Shown: positions 9,129 to 19,543 of the stretch, piece after piece
How positions within the stretch are numbered: position 1 is the stretch's first letter
Layout of the letters: the number at the start of each line of letters is the position of its first letter
From: an uncultured bacterium
GTDB taxonomy: Bacteria; Chloroflexota; UBA5177; JANWHV01
Assembly: GCA_963827235.1 (NCBI GenBank)
Contig: CAWHAE010000016.1
Coordinates: forward strand, 512,001-576,000
Reading direction: 5' to 3'
DNA: 64,000 bases
Program-made: the position numbers and the translations under genes
The notes under the pieces: model-generated
Database searches by the model: none
What the model was told of the DNA's origin: nothing
What the model saw: the letters and a program-made list of their open reading frames with translations, nothing else

Positions 9129-11315
9129 GTGGCCGTGACCGGTTCTATAGCTTCGCCTTCGAGCCCTGCTCTGACGGCCAGGTCCTTCGCCAGGTCGCGT
9201 GCGCTGATCGTCGCCGCGTTGTTCGCGGTAATGATCTTAGCCGTCCACGTCGTCCTCGCGTGCATGGGTTCGCACACGGCGACCGTGCTTTGGGGCGATG
9301 AGTTCCTGTTCAACGTTCTGCTCAACGTGGCCATCCTTGCGCTCTCGCTGGCTCTCGGGCGCCGGTTGGCGGGCAGCCTGATTCGCTCGACACCGTCCTC
9401 GATCAGTGACGCTCTCGCGCTCCTAGGACTGGGATTCGGCGCGATCTCGCTGTGCATTCTCGGCGCCGGGCTGCTGCACCTGCTGTACTGGCAGGTTATC
9501 GCGGCAGCGGGTATCGCCCTGTGCGCGTGGCTCAGGCGTGAACTGTGGACCCTCTGGCGGGCGGTCAGCGGCCGACCGTGGCTGCGCCAGGCGGGGTCGA
9601 GCCTTCGAGCTGAGCTCGGACCTGCTATGCAGATTCCTGCCATCGTCATAGCGTTAGCCGTGCTGTTCGCCTTTCTGCGCAGCGCGGTTCCCCTTGTCGG
9701 AGACGAGCAGGACTTCGACGGCGTCAGCTATCACGTGGTGGCCCCAAAGTTGTATCTCGCCGCGCACCACATCTTTCCCGTGCCGGACATCCCACTGGCA
9801 AACGCGCCATCGGCAACCGAGATGTTTTCCATTCTCGGCCTCATGGCGGGCACCGACATGCAGATGAAGGTGCTCAATCTCTGCTTTTCGCTCTTGCTCG
9901 GCCTGGCGGTATACGACTTCACCCGGCGCCACCTCATGCCGGCCGCGGCCCCTCTCGCCGTCATGCTCCTCTACCTGCCCATCTGGATTGTCAACCTGAT
10001 GTCGAGTACGGTGCCCGACTTTGCGACAACGTTCTTCGCCGTGCTCTGCCTGGATTCGGTGGCGACCTGGATTAGCGTGGTGGACGGCAAGTACCGTCAA
10101 GGAGACACGCGGCACCTCTCTCGCTGGAGCTTCGACCGCGAGGACTGGTTATTGCCGAGGGCTGGCCTGTTGGCAGGGCTGGCAGTGTCCTGCAAGCTCA
10201 CCTCGGCGCCGCTTCTGCCGGCCATGCTATGCGCCTTCGGCGTCGCGTGCCTGACCTTTGGCCCGCCCGGCTTCGTGCTTCGGCTGCAGCGCGCCGCTGG
10301 TGCATGTTTCCAGGTGGGGATATTTGCCCTGGTGCCGCTCGCGCCATGGCTCCTGAAGAACCTGGCCTTCTTCGGCAATCCCTTCTATCCGATCAGCCAG
10401 GTTTCCAACGGCACGGACTGTACCGGCGCGACCGAAACGTGCGCGCCCTCGGTCGCTGCGGCCAGCACGCACATGCCTTCGCTCTTGCACCAGATGTGGC
10501 AGCCGGTTTACACAGTGCTGACCACCTATTGGGGCTACTGCGGACCGCTGGTAACCTGCATCGTGATCGCTGCATACGTGTTGCGGACCCCAGCATCGCG
10601 ATTTTGCCTGACCTTTCTCGTGTTGGGTGCCGTCGCCTGGTTGAAAATTGACGTGCTCTACTACCCGCCACGGTACTGGTTACCCATGCTCACGATCGGT
10701 TTCGCCCTGTCGGCAGGCGGTGCCACGTGGTTACTGGATAAAGTGCGCACTCGCCCGGCCTGGTCGCTGCGCCTTGCCGGAGGCAGGCGGAGCATTCTCG
10801 ATGTGCTGCTCGCCGCCTATCTCGGAATAGCCTCGCTGTGGCTTCTCATCCTGTCCATCGGCCTAGTAGACCGCACCGACGGCTTCCAGATCCTCTCGGG
10901 CGGACTCTCCCGATACGAGTTTCTGGCGCAACGCGTGCGTCCCTACCGCGCCATGGATTGGGTCAACGCCCACGCCGGCGCCAGGTCCGAGGTCGCCACG
11001 GTCAATACCAGCCTCGGCTACTATCTGCAGGAGCCGTACTTGAGCGACTGGTTCGGAACCCGCCTGGGCCACCTGCAGGCCGGAGGGGCCGAGATGCGCT
11101 CCGAGCTCACAACCTGGTGCGCCGCGAAAGTTAGCGTTGTGGTATTCAACCGCGGCGTGCACGAGTACAACTGGGACGTCGCGGCAGATATCCGGCCTAG
11201 GTCGGCCTATCCCTGGCTCGAAACGCCGGGGCTTGGCACCCGGTTGCTATTCACGTGGCGCGGCGTCGACGTGTTGGCGGTACATCCGTGCAGCGCGCTG
11301 CCGCATCCCCGGTGA
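9129..11315 (+). CDS. polytopic GT-C fold glycosyltransferase-like membrane protein (ArnT/PMT-related)
   Basis: Many TM helices, DFDGVSYH loop, SCKLT, PWLLKN..FGNPFYP, RYWLP and a C-terminal soluble domain. Confidence 0.75.
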   Translation: MAVTGSIASPSSPALTARSFARSRALIVAALFAVMILAVHVVLACMGSHTATVLWGDEFLFNVLLNVAILALSLALGRRLAGSLIRSTPSSISDALALLGLGFGAISLCILGAGLLHLLYWQVIAAAGIALCAWLRRELWTLWRAVSGRPWLRQAGSSLRAELGPAMQIPAIVIALAVLFAFLRSAVPLVGDEQDFDGVSYHVVAPKLYLAAHHIFPVPDIPLANAPSATEMFSILGLMAGTDMQMKVLNLCFSLLLGLAVYDFTRRHLMPAAAPLAVMLLYLPIWIVNLMSSTVPDFATTFFAVLCLDSVATWISVVDGKYRQGDTRHLSRWSFDREDWLLPRAGLLAGLAVSCKLTSAPLLPAMLCAFGVACLTFGPPGFVLRLQRAAGACFQVGIFALVPLAPWLLKNLAFFGNPFYPISQVSNGTDCTGATETCAPSVAAASTHMPSLLHQMWQPVYTVLTTYWGYCGPLVTCIVIAAYVLRTPASRFCLTFLVLGAVAWLKIDVLYYPPRYWLPMLTIGFALSAGGATWLLDKVRTRPAWSLRLAGGRRSILDVLLAAYLGIASLWLLILSIGLVDRTDGFQILSGGLSRYEFLAQRVRPYRAMDWVNAHAGARSEVATVNTSLGYYLQEPYLSDWFGTRLGHLQAGGAEMRSELTTWCAAKVSVVVFNRGVHEYNWDVAADIRPRSAYPWLETPGLGTRLLFTWRGVDVLAVHPCSALPHPR

Positions 11316-13393
11316 GCGCGCGCCCCGCCGCGACCACGGTTTCGCGCAGGGTGTGGAAACGTCGGCATCGAACCGTCGCGGCGGTCGGGCCATGCGGTCT
11401 GGTCGTGTGCGGCCTGCACGCCTACATCCAGTCCAGGGGACCGCACTGGGTGTCGCCGTTGCTGGCCGGCGAATGGATCTTCAACGTGGTAGCGACGGCA
11501 TTCCTTTTTCTCTTTTGCGCGGCGCTAGGACGGCGCCTCTGCGCGTCTATGGGTCGCCTCGATAGCCGGTCGCTCGACGACGGACTCGCCGCGGTGGGCA
11601 TTGGCTTCGGCGCTCTGACCACCGCGGTCCTGGTTCTGGGCGCCCTCCACCTGTACTACAGGCCGGTGCTGCTCGTGCTGTTCGCCGGCGGTTTGATCGT
11701 GCTGCGCAGCGATCTCCTGTACCTGCTGCTTCAGACCGAGAGACGAGTGCGCAGGTGGCGTCGTGCCGGCTGTGCGACGGCTCCCGAAACCGGCCAGCGG
11801 GTCATACTGGCGCTTCTCGGCTTCACCTCGCTCTACGTGCTTCTCCGCTCGATGCTGCCGCTAATGGACTGGGACGCCATCATCTATCATGTGGCGTCGG
11901 TGAAGCTCTATCTCGCTTACCACGCCATCATCCCACTGCGCGACATGCCGCTTGCCAACGGCCCATCCTCGGAAGAGATGCTGTTCCTCCTCGGACTCGT
12001 GGCTGGAACGGACGGACTAGGCAAGGTGCTGAACATCGGCTTTGCCCTTCTGCTCACTCTCTCCATCTACGCGCTGGGACGCCGTCTCAGCGGACCTGTG
12101 GCTGGCTGGCAGGCCGTGCTGCTGTTCTGTAGCTCGTTCTGGATGATCGCGGTGCTGCCCCTCGCCATCGTCGATTTCGCCTCGGCCTTTCTGCTGATCG
12201 CGGCAGTAAACGACGGTGCGGGCTGGGCGGAGCGGTTCGCCGATCCTGGCGAGCGGTCTCGCAGGCGCGCCTACCTGACACTGCTGCGCTGCGGCCTCTT
12301 GACCGGATGCGCGGCCGCAACGAAGCTCTCCATGCTGGCTGCTCTTCCAGTAGCAGGAAGCGCTGTACTCGTGACCGCCCTGTTCTGCGGCAACCGCCGC
12401 TGGTCTCGGCGGATCGGCGACGCCTTCCGAGTCTGCGTGCTGTTCGCGGTGGGCGCCGCCACGCCGGTAGCACCGTGGCTGCTCAAGAGCTGGATTTGCT
12501 TCGGGAACCCACTCTATCCCTTCGCAACGGTTGCTGTGAGCAATCCGTCGCATGGAATCACCGTGGACACAACGAGCCATCCTCCGCTGGAGCATGCTAC
12601 CTGGATCGTGACCTCGCTCGGCGACTTTCTCTGGAACCACGTCAGCGTCCTGGCCCTGGTCCTCCCCGTCGCCCTGATCACTATGCGGCGGCCGGGTCAG
12701 CGCTTTGCCGAGGTCTTCCTCGCCGCAGGGCTGGCCGTCTGGTTTCTCTATGTACCATACTTCGACCCGCCGCGCTACTACCTCGGTCTGGCCGGCGTAG
12801 CCCAGGTCGTCAGCATCTGCGCGCTCTACTCAGTAGCGCCGCATGACAGGCGCGTGCAGATCGCGCGGACCATTGGAGTGTTCGCCTATCTCCTGAGCCG
12901 AGCGTGGCCCAATCTTCTGATCGGGCTCGGTGTCCTGCAGCAGAGCCTGCTTGGCCAGGTTGCCCGAGGTGACATCTCGCGCTACGATTATCTGGCCGGC
13001 CAGGTGCGCGCCTACGTCGCCGAGCAGTGGGTCAATTCCTACACACCCGCCAACTCGGTGGTAGTCACCGTGGGCACACTCACGGGCTACTATCTCGACC
13101 GAACCTATCTGAATGACTGGTACCGCGGGCGTCTGGGCGAGTTGCAGGCCGGGACCGCCGCGAGGTCCGCCGAGATCGAGACTTGGTGCCGCGCCGGCCT
13201 GCGGTTCGTGGTCTTCGACCGCAGCGCGGGAAACCCGGGTTTGGATGGACTGGCCGAGGTGATGCCCAGGCAAGCGTTTCCGTGGCTGCGCACACCCGGT
13301 CTCGGCGCACGGGTCCTCTTCAGTGCCAATGGCGTCGACGTTCTCGCGGTGCGCCCCTGCGCGGTCGCGAACCAGCGTACAAGCACGCGGTGA
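11312..13393 (+). CDS. GT-C fold glycosyltransferase-like membrane protein, paralog of the upstream gene
   Basis: DWDAIIYH, TKLS, PWLLKS..FGNPLYP, RYYL; GTG start overlaps the upstream TGA (GTGA). Confidence 0.75.
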   Translation: MSARPAATTVSRRVWKRRHRTVAAVGPCGLVVCGLHAYIQSRGPHWVSPLLAGEWIFNVVATAFLFLFCAALGRRLCASMGRLDSRSLDDGLAAVGIGFGALTTAVLVLGALHLYYRPVLLVLFAGGLIVLRSDLLYLLLQTERRVRRWRRAGCATAPETGQRVILALLGFTSLYVLLRSMLPLMDWDAIIYHVASVKLYLAYHAIIPLRDMPLANGPSSEEMLFLLGLVAGTDGLGKVLNIGFALLLTLSIYALGRRLSGPVAGWQAVLLFCSSFWMIAVLPLAIVDFASAFLLIAAVNDGAGWAERFADPGERSRRRAYLTLLRCGLLTGCAAATKLSMLAALPVAGSAVLVTALFCGNRRWSRRIGDAFRVCVLFAVGAATPVAPWLLKSWICFGNPLYPFATVAVSNPSHGITVDTTSHPPLEHATWIVTSLGDFLWNHVSVLALVLPVALITMRRPGQRFAEVFLAAGLAVWFLYVPYFDPPRYYLGLAGVAQVVSICALYSVAPHDRRVQIARTIGVFAYLLSRAWPNLLIGLGVLQQSLLGQVARGDISRYDYLAGQVRAYVAEQWVNSYTPANSVVVTVGTLTGYYLDRTYLNDWYRGRLGELQAGTAARSAEIETWCRAGLRFVVFDRSAGNPGLDGLAEVMPRQAFPWLRTPGLGARVLFSANGVDVLAVRPCAVANQRTSTR

Positions 13394-13771
13394 CTATCGG
13401 GCCGGCTGCACTGCCGTGACCGAGATCGGTCGCACGAGTGTCGATTGCCCGCCTCACAGCCGGAACACATTGCCAGTGGTGAAGAACCAATCCACCGGCA
13501 CCTCCTGGAGCAAAAAAGTGCCGGTGCCCGAGCACGACCGGACAGGCGATCACGACGGCACCGCGCGGGCTCGGCGTGCCACACCGCGGTGCGACCGTCC
13601 AGCGACTGTGCTCGGCTCAGGAGCATGCCCGCTGCGCTGGCTGCGCGGGCGGTTTCATGGATCCGCCCGTCATCGTGACTGAGCGCTGCCACGTGCACAT
13701 TTTTGCCCTGCCATGGGCATCAGACCGCGATCGGGCGACGAACCAGGCTGTGCTGTCCCGTTGCGACGGTC

Positions 13772-14824
13772 CTAGCGGCCGTTCTGCGGCGGCACGGTCG
13801 ATTCGCGCACCACCAGTCGCGTAGAAAGCTCGACGCGGCTCACCTCCAAGGGGAGGGAATCGATCAGCCGGTAGAGCAGCGTCACGGCGTGGCGGCCCAG
13901 CTCCTGCAACGGTTGCGCGACCGTGGTCAGAGCGGGCGTGGTCACGGCAGCCAGGTCAATATCGTCGAACCCGACTACGGAGAGGTCTTCCGGCAGTCGT
14001 AACCCGCGGGCTCGTGCCGCACGCATCACGCCGATAGCCATATTGTCGCTCTGGGCGAACACGGCCGTGGGAGGACAGGGCAGCGAAAGCAGCGTGTGGC
14101 CCGCCTCCAGGCCGCCTTCGTACTTGAAGTCGGACTCGATGACGTACTCAGGCCGCAGTGGGAGGCCGGCAGCCACCATGGCCGACTGGTAACCCGCCAC
14201 GCGATCGTCGGTCGCGCACCAGCCTGGATATCCGGTCACCATGGCGATTCGCGTATGCCCGAGAGCGATCAGGTGCTCGGTAGCCTGCCTCCCTCCCGCC
14301 CAGTTGGTCGACGACACAACTGGGATGAAGTCCTGCATCAGCAGGCTGGGATCAATCACCACGAAGGGAGAGCCGTACTTGCGAATATGCAGCATTTCGG
14401 CTCGCGTCTCCGTGGGAGTCACCAGGAGCGTGCCGTCGGTAGTGCCATGCATCAGGCGCTCCAGCACGGACAGTTCGCGGTCGTGCCGATGCTGGGTCGG
14501 GCAGAGAACGGGTCGCGCGTCGCGCTCGAACAGCGCCTCGCTCGCGCCCTCGATAATGCCGGAGAAGAAACCGTTTTGCGTGAACGGCACGACTACTCCG
14601 ATCAGGCCGGTTCGCCCGCTGGCCAGGCCGCGCGCGCTCCGATTGCCGACGTAACCCATGGCCCGGACCTGCTGCAGCACGAGGTCTCGAGTAGTCGGCG
14701 ATACGTCGGGCCGGCCGTTGAGCACGCGCGACACGGTGGCAATAGAGACACCGGCCTGCTCGGCGATGTCGCGGATCATTGCGCGCTTGCCCGTCCCTGC
14801 CGACAGCTCTTTGACCTCAGCCAC
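13772..14824 (-). CDS. LacI family transcriptional regulator
   Basis: IRDIAEQAGVSIATVSRVLN HTH; PEDLSVVGFDD, PALTTV, LVVRES. Confidence 0.96.
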   Translation of the reverse strand: MAEVKELSAGTGKRAMIRDIAEQAGVSIATVSRVLNGRPDVSPTTRDLVLQQVRAMGYVGNRSARGLASGRTGLIGVVVPFTQNGFFSGIIEGASEALFERDARPVLCPTQHRHDRELSVLERLMHGTTDGTLLVTPTETRAEMLHIRKYGSPFVVIDPSLLMQDFIPVVSSTNWAGGRQATEHLIALGHTRIAMVTGYPGWCATDDRVAGYQSAMVAAGLPLRPEYVIESDFKYEGGLEAGHTLLSLPCPPTAVFAQSDNMAIGVMRAARARGLRLPEDLSVVGFDDIDLAAVTTPALTTVAQPLQELGRHAVTLLYRLIDSLPLEVSRVELSTRLVVRESTVPPQNGR

Positions 14825-14849
14825 GGTACACCACCACGCTCTCGGAACT

Positions 14850-14869
14850 AACCGTAAACGCTTCCGGTT
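14850..14869. promoter_or_regulatory. LacI-type operator overlapping the lacI promoter
   Basis: AACCGTAAACGCTTCCGGTT near-palindrome with central CG; minus-strand TTGACA-17-TAGAAC overlaps it. Confidence 0.7.
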
Positions 14870-15084
14870 CTACGACAAATCGCCGACTTTGTCAAGCCTC
14901 GACGTGCCGGGCATGGCCGTTGGGAGATGGCGCAAGCACGCACGAACAGGCAGGAATCGGCACCTCGCCCTCGCCCGCTTGTCACTCAATTATGGCGGAT
15001 CTTCACCTATTGAGGATGATTTAGGTCCCCAATAGAGCGCGATCGGTCGAGGGAGTACCCTCGGCAGAATCGTCGCCACGCGTA

Positions 15085-15147
15085 TTGACATCGGAGGCAT
15101 CCCGTGCTATTCTCCGGGCTGTTGATGCGTTTCCGTAAACGCTCCCG
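15085..15147 (+). promoter_or_regulatory. promoter of the ABC operon plus LacI operator(s)
   Basis: TTGACA-17nt-TATTCT (TGn) followed by GATGCGTTTCCGTAAACGCTCCCG, repeating the 14850 motif. Confidence 0.7.
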
Positions 15148-15433
15148 ATAACGCGCAGAATCGAGCGGAGTATTGCGGAAGAGGGTCGACAATGTTACGC
15201 TCGTGCCGGCGCTCGGGCGGCGAGCTCTGTGAGGTCCGCCGGGCCGGCATCGGTGTGGAAGTGGGCCCGTGTTTCGGCCAGCAGATCGTCGATCGCGAAG
15301 GGAGGTATGCCGCGGCACGATGGAGCTCGGAGAAGGTCGGATCAGGTAACCCAACGTGACCAACCGCCTATGGTGTAGCAGTGCTTCGCGTGACGATGAG
15401 GCACGCCCATTGAGCTCGCAAGGAGCGGTTTAC

Positions 15434-17149
15434 ATGGCATTTTCGATCAGTACGAAGAGACTCGCCAAGACAGTTCTTGGCGCCGGCTTGCTGTTCAGCA
15501 TGATCGCCATGCCCTTCGGCACGGCAAGCTCCACAGCCCATGCAGCCTCGGCAAAGGCGGCCAGCTATCCGCTACTGGTCGTCAGTGACCAGCAGACCGG
15601 CACATGGGTGAAGAACTTCAACCCCTTCAACAACACCGGCGCGGTGCTCGATCCTACCAAGGCGGGCATCTACGAGCCGCTCTACATGGTGATGACGGTC
15701 GACAACGCGAAAGAGATCCCCTGGCTCGCCACGTCATACAGCTGGTCCAAGGATCTGAAGACACTGACCTTCACCATTCGCGACGGCGTGAAGTGGTCTG
15801 ACGGACAGCCGCTAACCGCGGCCGACGTAGCTTTCACGCTCAACCTCGGCAAGACCTGCGCGGCCTGCGACTTGGCAGGGTTGTGGGGCACGAATGGCAT
15901 CGCGTCCGCGGTGACGACGACCGCCAACACCGTGTCCGTCACGTTCAAGGCTGTCAACACCACGATCTTCCCGTTCTTCGTCAACAGCGTGTTCATCGTG
16001 CCGCAGCACATCTGGTCTCAGCAGAGCGACCCCGGCAACTGGACCAACCCGGACCCAGTGGGCAGCGGGCCCTTCACCCAGGTGACCAACTTCACGCCGC
16101 AGAGCTATGACATCCTGCCTAACCCGTACTACTGGCAGAAGGTGAACGTCTCCGGCCTGCGCTACGTGAACCACACCGGCAACGACTCCACCCTCGTGGA
16201 CTTCAAGGCCGGCAAGATCGACTGGGGCGGACACTTCTTCGCCGGCATCCAGAACACTCTGGACAAGGCGGGACCGCAGTTCCACCACTACTATTCGTAC
16301 AAGAGCACGCCTGTACTGCTCTACTTCAATGACCAGCATTACCCCTACAGCATCCCTGCTTTGCGCCAGGCGCTCAGCATGGCCATCAACCGCGCGGCCC
16401 TCGCCAACAGCGCCGAGTACGGCTATACCATTGGAGCCGAGTGCACGGGCATCGGCGCTCTCTATCCCACCTGGTTCGATCCCACTCTGAAGGCCAAAGC
16501 CAACGCGCTTTGCGCGTACGATCCGAAGGGTGCCAAGGCACTCCTTCTCAAGAGCGGCTTTACCTACAAGGGCGGCTCACTGATCGATCCCAAGGGCAAC
16601 CCAGTCTCGTTTGACATCCTCACGGTGAACGGCTGGACCGACTGGGACGCCGGCGCTCAGATCATGGCCTCCAACTTCGCGGACATCGGCGCCGATGCGG
16701 GCATGCGCATGGTCTCCTTCGGCACCTACTCCACGGCGCTCGCGACTGGCAACTTCGACAGCGTGATGTCCTGGGCCGACAAGCAAGCCACTCCGTATAC
16801 GTACTTCTACGATCAGATGTCCACGGCGGACTACCGGCCTAACGGCACTGCCTTCGCCGCCGGCCGCCCGATCGAGCGGTACAAGAACGCGGCAGTCGAC
16901 CCGCTGTTCACCCAGATCTCGACCACGACCGACTCGGCGGCGCAGCACGCGGCCATGAACAAGATCGAGGCCATTTGGCTGAACGATCTGCCCTCCGCGC
17001 CTCTGTTCTACGCCGACATCTGGGGCGAGTACAGCACAGCCAACTACACCGGCTTCCCGAACGGCAGCGGCTACTACGCGTCCCTGCAGACGGCCGACAC
17101 TCCCGACCGCTTGCTGGTATTCACCAAGCTGACCCGCAGCCACAGCTGA
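15434..17149 (+). CDS. ABC transporter family-5 solute-binding protein, probable oligosaccharide binder
   Basis: Signal peptide ..AHA, KNFNPF, IYEPLY, IRDGVKWSDGQPLTAADV, GWTDW motif of sugar-binding Opp-like SBPs. Confidence 0.9.
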   Translation: MAFSISTKRLAKTVLGAGLLFSMIAMPFGTASSTAHAASAKAASYPLLVVSDQQTGTWVKNFNPFNNTGAVLDPTKAGIYEPLYMVMTVDNAKEIPWLATSYSWSKDLKTLTFTIRDGVKWSDGQPLTAADVAFTLNLGKTCAACDLAGLWGTNGIASAVTTTANTVSVTFKAVNTTIFPFFVNSVFIVPQHIWSQQSDPGNWTNPDPVGSGPFTQVTNFTPQSYDILPNPYYWQKVNVSGLRYVNHTGNDSTLVDFKAGKIDWGGHFFAGIQNTLDKAGPQFHHYYSYKSTPVLLYFNDQHYPYSIPALRQALSMAINRAALANSAEYGYTIGAECTGIGALYPTWFDPTLKAKANALCAYDPKGAKALLLKSGFTYKGGSLIDPKGNPVSFDILTVNGWTDWDAGAQIMASNFADIGADAGMRMVSFGTYSTALATGNFDSVMSWADKQATPYTYFYDQMSTADYRPNGTAFAAGRPIERYKNAAVDPLFTQISTTTDSAAQHAAMNKIEAIWLNDLPSAPLFYADIWGEYSTANYTGFPNGSGYYASLQTADTPDRLLVFTKLTRSHS

Positions 17150-17168
17150 TCGTTCGGCCAATGCACAC

Positions 17169-17199
17169 GGGCGCGGCGGGTTTCTCTCCCGCCGCGCCC
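17169..17199 (+). terminator. GC-rich stem-loop after the SBP gene (mRNA stabiliser or partial terminator)
   Basis: GGGCGCGGCGGG-TTTCTCT-CCCGCCGCGCCC perfect 12-bp stem, no U-tract. Confidence 0.6.
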
Positions 17200-17278
17200 C
17201 TGCGTGCAATTGAGGTAGACTGAAACGCTTACCCAAAGCCGGTGAGCCATCCGCCAAGCCGGCCACAGGACGGAGAAT

Positions 17279-18256
17279 ATGAGCTATCTATACCGGCGCC
17301 TCATCTTCTACCTGGTGGCCCTTTGGGCGGCCATCACCCTGAACTTCGCCATCCCGCGCATGATGCCGGGTAATCCGGCCGAGGTAATCTACGCCCAGCA
17401 CTCCGCCCAGCTCTCGGGTAATCCCCACGCTTTGGACGCCATAAAGGCGTCACTGGGAATCTCCGACGACCCTATGCCGCTCCAGTACTGGCACTACATT
17501 GTCAACCTCGCGCACGGCAACCTGGGCACTTCCTTCTTCTATGGACCGGTAACAGATATCATCCGCGACCGCATGCCATGGACGCTGTTTCTACTCGGCC
17601 TGGCCTCCGTGCTCGCGTTCATACTCGGCACCCTGCTGGGCATCTACTGCTCCTGGCGCCACGGCGGCCTTGCCGATTCCATTCTGGTCCCTGTAACCGC
17701 GCTGACCAGCAGCTTTCCCACCTTCTTTCTCTCACTGCTCTTTGTCTACTACATCGGCTTCGATCTCGGCTGGTTCCCTACAGGTGGCAGCTACGATCAG
17801 GGAACCGCGCCGCACCTGAGCATCGCCTTCCTCTGGAACATGCTCTACCACGCCATCCTGCCCGCCTTCGTCATCCTTATCACTTCGATCGGCGGCTGGC
17901 TACTGGGCATGCGTAACGCCATGATCAACACCCTGGCGGAGGACTACGTGCAGATGGCAGTTGCCAAGGGCCTACGCGAGCGACGCATCATGATCATGTA
18001 CGCGGCGCGCAACGCTATTCTGCCCCAGATCACCGGCTTCGCCATGGCCATCGCTTTCATCGTGGGCGGCGCCTTCCTCACCGAGCTGGTATTCAATTAC
18101 CAGGGAGTAGGATTTGCCCTGGTAAACGCCGTCAACAACCTCGACTATCCACTGCTACAGGGTTTGCTCTTATTCATTACGTGCTGCGTGCTGTTCGCTA
18201 ACCTGATTGCCGATCTGATCTATGCCCGCCTCGATCCTCGAGTGCGGCGAACGTGA
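17279..18256 (+). CDS. ABC transporter permease (OppB/DppB family)
   Basis: NFAIPRMMPGNP, MRNAM...EDYVQMAVAKGL, RNAILP, DYPLLQG, LDPRVR. Confidence 0.93.
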   Translation: MSYLYRRLIFYLVALWAAITLNFAIPRMMPGNPAEVIYAQHSAQLSGNPHALDAIKASLGISDDPMPLQYWHYIVNLAHGNLGTSFFYGPVTDIIRDRMPWTLFLLGLASVLAFILGTLLGIYCSWRHGGLADSILVPVTALTSSFPTFFLSLLFVYYIGFDLGWFPTGGSYDQGTAPHLSIAFLWNMLYHAILPAFVILITSIGGWLLGMRNAMINTLAEDYVQMAVAKGLRERRIMIMYAARNAILPQITGFAMAIAFIVGGAFLTELVFNYQGVGFALVNAVNNLDYPLLQGLLLFITCCVLFANLIADLIYARLDPRVRRT

Positions 18257-18275
18257 GCGCGGGGGGAGACCAGAC

Positions 18276-19319
18276 ATGCTCAGCAGTACATCGTCTCGCA
18301 GCGGCCGTCCCGCCGAGCGCCGCGGACCGCGCTTTCGCCTGCCCCGCTGGCTTCCGCTGCTGCTCAGCGACCGCAAGGCGGCCGTCGGCTTGTTCATTCT
18401 CGCATTTTTCATCCTCATGTCGATCTTCGCGCCCATGATCTGGACCGGTAATCCGATGCGCGGTGACTTCATGGCGCCGCCACAGCAAGGGCCTTCCGCG
18501 GCCCATTGGCTCGGCACGGATTCGATCAACAATGACGTCTTCCTGCAGATCATCAACGGCGGACGAGACACGCTGTACGTGGGCTTCGCGGTCGCCCTTG
18601 TGTGCACGTTGGTCAGCGTGGGCGTAGGCCTGTCTGCCGGCTACTTCGGTGGCTGGGTCGACGAGGTGCTCAGCATGATCACCAACGTCTTCCTGGTGAT
18701 GCCCGGGCTGCCGCTCTGCATTGTGCTCGCATCCTACATTAAGGCGCCCAAGACGCTGACTCTCTCGTTCCTGGGCCACGGTAGCTGGGACGTGCCTCTG
18801 CCCCAATGGATAGTGGGCGAGCTGCCCGTCGTGGGAGTGCTGTCGTTCATCAGCTGGGCCTGGGGGGCTCGCGTGCTGCGCAGCCAGGCTCTCAGCATCA
18901 GGTCGAAGGATTTCGTGCAGGCGGCGATTGTTTCAGGGGAGTCGGCCTGGCGCATAGTGTGGGCCGAGATGTTGCCGAACATGATTAGCCTGGTCACGAG
19001 CTCGTTCATAGGCACCTGTAGCTACGCGATCATCACGTCCGTCACTCTCAAGTTCCTCGGCCTGGGCTCCAACGGCATCGTGAGCTGGGGCACGACGCTG
19101 TACTACGCGCAGAACGGCTCCGCGATCGAGAACGGCGCCTGGTGGACGTACGTACCTGCCGGCATGTGTATCGCCTTAACGGCAATGGCGCTCACCCTGA
19201 TCAATTTCGGTATCGACGCGATCAGCAACCCGCGCTTGCGGGTGGACAAGATCAAGCCGCTGCCGAGGTCCAGCCCGGCAGGAGCAGGCAAGAGCGTCAG
19301 CATCGTCGGGGCGCGATAG
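18276..19319 (+). CDS. ABC transporter permease (OppC/DppC family)
   Basis: PSAAHWLGTD, ARVLRSQALS, DFVQAA..GES, NFGIDAISNPRLR. Confidence 0.93.
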   Translation: MLSSTSSRSGRPAERRGPRFRLPRWLPLLLSDRKAAVGLFILAFFILMSIFAPMIWTGNPMRGDFMAPPQQGPSAAHWLGTDSINNDVFLQIINGGRDTLYVGFAVALVCTLVSVGVGLSAGYFGGWVDEVLSMITNVFLVMPGLPLCIVLASYIKAPKTLTLSFLGHGSWDVPLPQWIVGELPVVGVLSFISWAWGARVLRSQALSIRSKDFVQAAIVSGESAWRIVWAEMLPNMISLVTSSFIGTCSYAIITSVTLKFLGLGSNGIVSWGTTLYYAQNGSAIENGAWWTYVPAGMCIALTAMALTLINFGIDAISNPRLRVDKIKPLPRSSPAGAGKSVSIVGAR

Positions 19320-19543
19320 TCGCTGCCAATCTCGCGGATATGCATCGCCGGCGGCTGGCAGTCGCCACCGGCCATGGTATTCAAGCGGCCACCGGCGGAC
19401 CGTGAGCGGCTACGGAGGGCTAGGCAGCCACTGTATACTCTCACTGGAGCGGGACGACGGCCGCCGGGGCCACGCGCCTGACATCGGTCCATTTCCTCCT
19501 GCCCTGCGTACTGCACCCACACGATGACGGGACCACTGGATCA

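Noticed and set aside
13492-13525. CACCGGCAC/GTGCCGGTG inverted repeat between convergent genes
   Set aside because: Single copy with a large loop; at most a terminator, not a repeat family
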